64,000 bases of DNA, from NCBI GenBank assembly GCA_043228905.1, contig JBHGNT010000001.1:16244001-16308000 (forward strand), in the 5' to 3' direction. The notes beneath the pieces are model-generated. The model searched no databases and was not told the DNA's origin. It saw only the letters and a list, made by a program, of their open reading frames with translations. The stretch is from Azolla caroliniana (taxonomy: Eukaryota > Plantae > Polypodiophyta). The translations under genes were made by a program, and so were the position numbers. Each line of letters starts with the position of its first letter. Position 1 is the first letter of the stretch. Positions 60,301 to 64,000 of this stretch are shown one piece after another.

Positions 60301-62503
60301 TGGATGATCACCAAATAAAGCTATTTGTGACTGCAGTGCAAGCCGATGTTAAATATTTCGTTACACTATCAAATGGGAGATCTAGAATTAGATCTTGCTA
60401 TGCTATAAGACGTAATTATGAGTAGCAATGCTGTATGCTATGTATGTGAAAGTTTTGGCAATTTAGATTTGATGACACAATCTTGCTGTGATGCCTGGCT
60501 GGTTCTTGAAGTGGCAGGACGTGGAACTGTTACTTTGTACAAGGTAACAGGCCACATACTAAGGGCTTTGTTATTACTCATAATATCTTTAAATCAACCA
60601 TAGGTTTCTGTAAGGTTGAAACAACTAAAAATGCTTTCGAGAATTCCTACACGTCAACTTTATATGATTTAAGATTTGGCTTTTTATTGTTTTGTAACAC
60701 ATTCTGTTGGTGCATATGTTGTTTTTCTGGATTGGATTGTATCTTTTACCATAATTCATTATCACTTGCACAGGCACGACAAGTAGATCAATACTGTGTG
60801 ACAAGTATGGACGAATATGCTTTATTACTACGTTCAAAATCCGACCATTCAGAGTTAAAAAGGCTTGTTCATGACTTGCTCAACATTGATGCTGAATGTC
60901 CTGAAGTCTGGGTAGCATCAGCCATATATTGGGATATGAGGAATGATAAGGAACGGGCTGCAACATATGTCGACAAGGTAGTATTCCGCTTCCATCAACT
61001 AAGAAATTTATATTCTCTTATTTATTTATTTCTGGATGTTGTTGTGTATCTCAGAGCATTATGGTGGATGAGAGACATACACTCGCCTACATTGTGAAGG
61101 TAATATATAAACACATATATTGTCTTGTGAAATGTGCAGATTAAGATAAAAAGGAATGGATGATTATCAAGTTATTGCAAGTTATACTTATGGGCGTTGT
61201 CTTGCATAAAAAAGAAATGGAAAAGTCTTTACTATTTGCTGGGGTGTGTAGATTATAACTAGAAGTATGTCTTGTAATTCAAGATTGTTGATCTTTCAGG
61301 GAAATATTGCCTTGACAACTGATCATTTTGATATAGCTTTGAATGCATTTCGAAAAGCCCAAAATCTGAAACCAGATTTACGTTCATATCAAGGTTATTC
61401 TCTTGAGGTTTTTACCAGCACTCACAAAAATCTGTTAAAGTTTGATGACTGAAGAGTAGCTGCAGGTCTTGTTCAAGCGTTGCTCAAGATTCCAAAGCAC
61501 AAAGAAGCACTGTTTGCTGCTCGTGATGCAATGAAAGCCATGTCAAATTCAGCAAAGGCTCTTACTCTTGTTGGTGATGTATATGCACATATTACTGATG
61601 GAAGAGAGAAAGTAATGACATCATATAATCCTTATGTATATATTCCAAAACTATGCTTGTTTTCCCTTTTAATTATGCTTATTTTTTCCTTTCAATGAAT
61701 GAATAAACAGGCTCGGAAGTTCTACGAGTCAGCATTACGGTTGGAGCCAGGATACTTAGGTGCTGTCGTTGACCTTGCAGATCTGCATGTCCTGGAAGGA
61801 AGAAACGGTGAAGCTATTGCATTGCTACAGAAGTACTTAAAAAACTGGAGTGATGACACCCTACATACTAAAATTGCTCAAATATTGGCTGCCACCGGGA
61901 AGGTTCATGAGTCACTCTCGCACTATCAGGAGGCGTTAAGGTGATTCTGTTAGGGAACGTACCTATTCCACTATTCATGGATATAATGTTAACTATTCTG
62001 TTTAGTGTGAGTAACCCAACATTTTCCATTTATTGTTGTTTTTAGCATAAATCCACACAACGAAATGGCACAGAAGGGTCTCGAGAGACTAGAAAAACAA
62101 ATGAAGGTAATGATTTATCATTAAACACGGTATGATCATCAAGCAAGGCATGATTAGTTTGTTCTTTGTTTGCATGAGACTCTAAAGGGATGTGTGTTTA
62201 GTTTCTTGAATAGTTTTTCCTTTATTTGCATGGGAGTCCAATAACGTGTTTGTTTTCTTAAATAGTTTGTTCTTCATTTGCATGAGACTCTGATTAGATT
62301 TATGTTCATTCCGTGATTTCTTCCTTAAAAATGTGTTGGACTCTTGGAGGTTTATAAAGGTATATTTTGTCATTTTCTTCTGAATCTGTTTTTTCATATG
62401 TTGGGTGGGTCGTTTGTAGGGTGTTGATCCTGATGCACTGGAAGATGAGGAAAATGAAGGGGAGGATGTGGATGCCGATCAACAAGAAGATGAATTTCTG
62501 TGA
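39333..62503 (+). CDS. APC7: Anaphase-promoting complex subunit 7 (TPR protein), 18 exons, 559 aa. Exons 39333-39401, 39782-39850, 40156-40206, 42545-42685, 42772-42834, 42929-43044, 43421-43496, 43605-43664, 51846-51891, 56879-56952, 57251-57301, 60774-60977, 61055-61099, 61300-61393, 61466-61611, 61711-61940, 62046-62106, 62420-62503
   Basis: All introns are GT-AG and the exon phases join into 1680 nt without an internal stop. Translation MEVFREQMLFLLDQNLFESAEIL..YKECLRQCPY..RWLQRYIDAQC..TSMDEYALLL..DLRSYQGLV..FYESALRLEPGYLGAV..KGLERLEKQMKGVDPDA matches plant APC7 as recalled. Confidence 0.93.
39453..39468 (-). promoter_or_regulatory. Telo-box pair (AAACCCTA) in APC7 intron 1
   Basis: AGGGTTTAGGGTTTAG next to a GA-rich tract, about 50 nt into intron 1. 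Confidence 0.5.
40661..40916. repeat. 117-bp perfect direct repeat (period 139) in intron 3
   Basis: CATAAACATTATCTTGCATG...AGTTTTGGCAA at 40661-40777 and 40800-40916. Confidence 0.9.
43756..43960 (+). mobile_element. Old LINE 3'-end fragment
   Basis: CAATATATCT..TTGAGAATC and GAGACAGCATTTAAAGATGTTATCTCTTGTTTGG..CGTTAATATATCTTT match the 3' end of the LINE at 56480-56680. Confidence 0.65.
44236..46585 (+). mobile_element. Internally deleted LINE copy, near-identical to the intron 9 LINE
   Basis: APE endonuclease (GSGGVA, LLGDFNA, STINY, ADH), ORF2 C-terminus and 3' end with (CTTT)n tail. RT core missing. Confidence 0.9.
46610..49750 (+). mobile_element. Older degenerate LINE ORF2 fragment of the same clade, interrupted by a solo LTR
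   Basis: Aligns with 54060-56320 (KAQDHDGL, GVK.GC, LLYAVDD, LWLFDTLATPTLLY). Local tandem duplications at 47548-47820. Confidence 0.8.
48333..49051 (-). mobile_element. Solo LTR (719 bp), TSD GTATG
   Basis: TGATGAAG...CTTCACA with GTATG at 48328-48332 and 49052-49056. Removing it restores the LINE sequence TGGTATGCT. Strand inferred from composition. Confidence 0.75.
50520..51270 (+). mobile_element. Stacked LINE 3'-end fragments
   Basis: 3' motif AAGACGAGACAA..GA(C/T)GTTAATATA at about 50580, 51010 and 51250. 50590-51040 aligns with 56252-56680. Confidence 0.8.
52200..56682 (+). mobile_element. Near full-length LINE (APE-RT type, possibly RTE-X-like), disrupted
   Basis: ORF1 remnant 52254-52817 (IYLDDDLTP..GKWAVYRDGKV). 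ORF2 from 52824: endonuclease, RT (VKQGCPRSPTLF, LLYVDDIVL), C-terminal RICQLC motif. (CTTT)n tail. 5' boundary uncertain. Confidence 0.9.
57745..58020 (-). mobile_element. Antisense LINE 3'-end fragment in intron 11
   Basis: Reverse complement of GGATCGATCTATGCTAGAGATCTTTCGAAGACAAAA..TTGAGA..GATGTTAAT..(CTTT)n. Confidence 0.75.
58050..59900 (-). mobile_element. Highly degenerate Copia remnant in intron 11
   Basis: RH CDSQSVICLAMNVMFYAHTKHIDVWYHFI, RT remnants (NVDDM, WDLVTL), PPT-like AAATGGGAGG near 58290. Boundaries approximate. Confidence 0.7.
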
Positions 62504-64000
62504 AACTGATCATATGACAGCTGAATCAAGCCGCTTAAGCCTTTATAGTAAGATGAACCAAAACGAATGTGATGCTATTGGTTTCATGACTGGGATGATA
62601 AAATGTCTAACCATGGCATAGTGTATGTACATTCTAACGCCTGGTGATAAGATAAAACGTGCAGCTTCTTAGCATTGAGCTGTCAGGATGGAGAAGCACT
62701 CAAGCTTATATATATTCGATGTACATTTCAATTACTTGACAAGTAGATGATGTATAATAGAGACATAGAGATGTAGAGGAATTATTTAGCAAATTCCTAA
62801 GATGTTCAATTTACATTCAATAGAAATGTAGTAATTCATGGAGATCAGTAAACAATTCCAACCAAGTCTCCTAACAATAAACGCTGTGGGACAGTCCTGG
62901 TAATTTTTGCTCTAATGGACACTTGTTACATCTTCAAGTGGGAGATTGCGACTGGTGTTTTTGTACGTTTTTCATCATCTAATAGAGAAGCATCAAAATT
63001 TTGAATCATGCACTTCTCCGTACAAATAGGTGTGATAGAAGGTTTGTAGGTTTTACAGTTTATTGTGGACCACAATCTAAGAATCATGATTGTTGAATTG
63101 GAAAGAGAAGAACATTAGAGTTGGTATATAATGAAGAAAACTTGTGAGCAACCAAATGCAGCATGTTAGTGGGTCTAGAAAGGGAGATCGTGGAGCTCAA
63201 GTCGTTATTACTATGAATGGTGTGTCAATGAAATGTTTTTGTTAAATGTAGAGTACATTTTTTCATTGCAAGGGTACCTTTTTATATATTAACCATTACA
63301 TTCAATAATTAAATGGTTATATCCAATAATTCAAATATTCTCCCTCTCCCTCTCCCTCTCTTGCTCCCTCTCTTTTCTCTTTTTAAATCATACAATTATA
63401 TTAATTGCATGTAAAACCCATTCTTCACCTTCTTTATTGATGTAGGTAGAGGGGCATCCCTTTAAAGCCATTAAAAAATATGAATATGAATTTGCGGACA
63501 TGATCCCCACATGCCTTGACAACCAAAAATTTTAAGCAAATATACACACATGACCTATCAAGAAAATGCCTTGGTTTTTTTTATAAACACAAGGTTTGGT
63601 CTTGGTATTTATGACATTTATTTCGTTGACTGTTAACAACAGAGAAAAGCAGTTGATGAAATAATGTTATTTGGTAACAAATCTCCTGAGAAAGGTAGTA
63701 AGGATCATGGTGTGGATTTCTTGAGAAAGGTAGTAAGGATCAAGGTGTGGATGATGTTAGTGATGTTTGACCCAGTATCATACAACTATGCTTTTGAAAT
63801 TGCAATAGATGCCCATATAATATGGGATTTGGCATAGAAGAGTTCACAAATGAATTGAATTCAGAATCTAACCATGGGAACATGACACTCAAAATATTCA
63901 AGGTTTATTGAATATTCAACTATAATATACACGCTTTGATATAGGCAAAAAATACAAAAGAACAAAAAGGACAAGAGGGGTGACATGATTGAGTAAGAGG

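Noticed and set aside
62600-64000. Gene or transposon downstream of APC7, including a 35-bp tandem repeat at about 63688-63752
   Set aside because: No ORF, termini or motifs that can be supported.

Overview
Eukaryotic plant nuclear DNA, probably from a seed-free land plant such as a fern (inferred from the retroelement lineages and long introns). It has two compartments. (1) 1-38836 is an intergenic nest of LTR retrotransposons up to five levels deep: several Copia elements, a Phygy/Selgy-like Gypsy group with a tRNA-Trp PBS and 4-bp TSDs, a Tcn1-like chromovirus, and solo LTRs. (2) 39333-62503 is an apparently intact 18-exon APC7 gene (559 aa) whose long introns hold mainly LINE copies. Highlights: a 655-bp TSD-flanked element built as LTR + 11-nt self-priming PBS + inverted copy of its own U3 end; four insertions of one Gypsy group with 4-bp TSDs centred on CG or decayed CG; antisense tRNA-like modules in three LTR families; heat-shock-element arrays in two LTRs; and a very young gag-only element with an intact 782-aa ORF. 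All alignments were done by eye and lineage names come from motif recognition, not searches.
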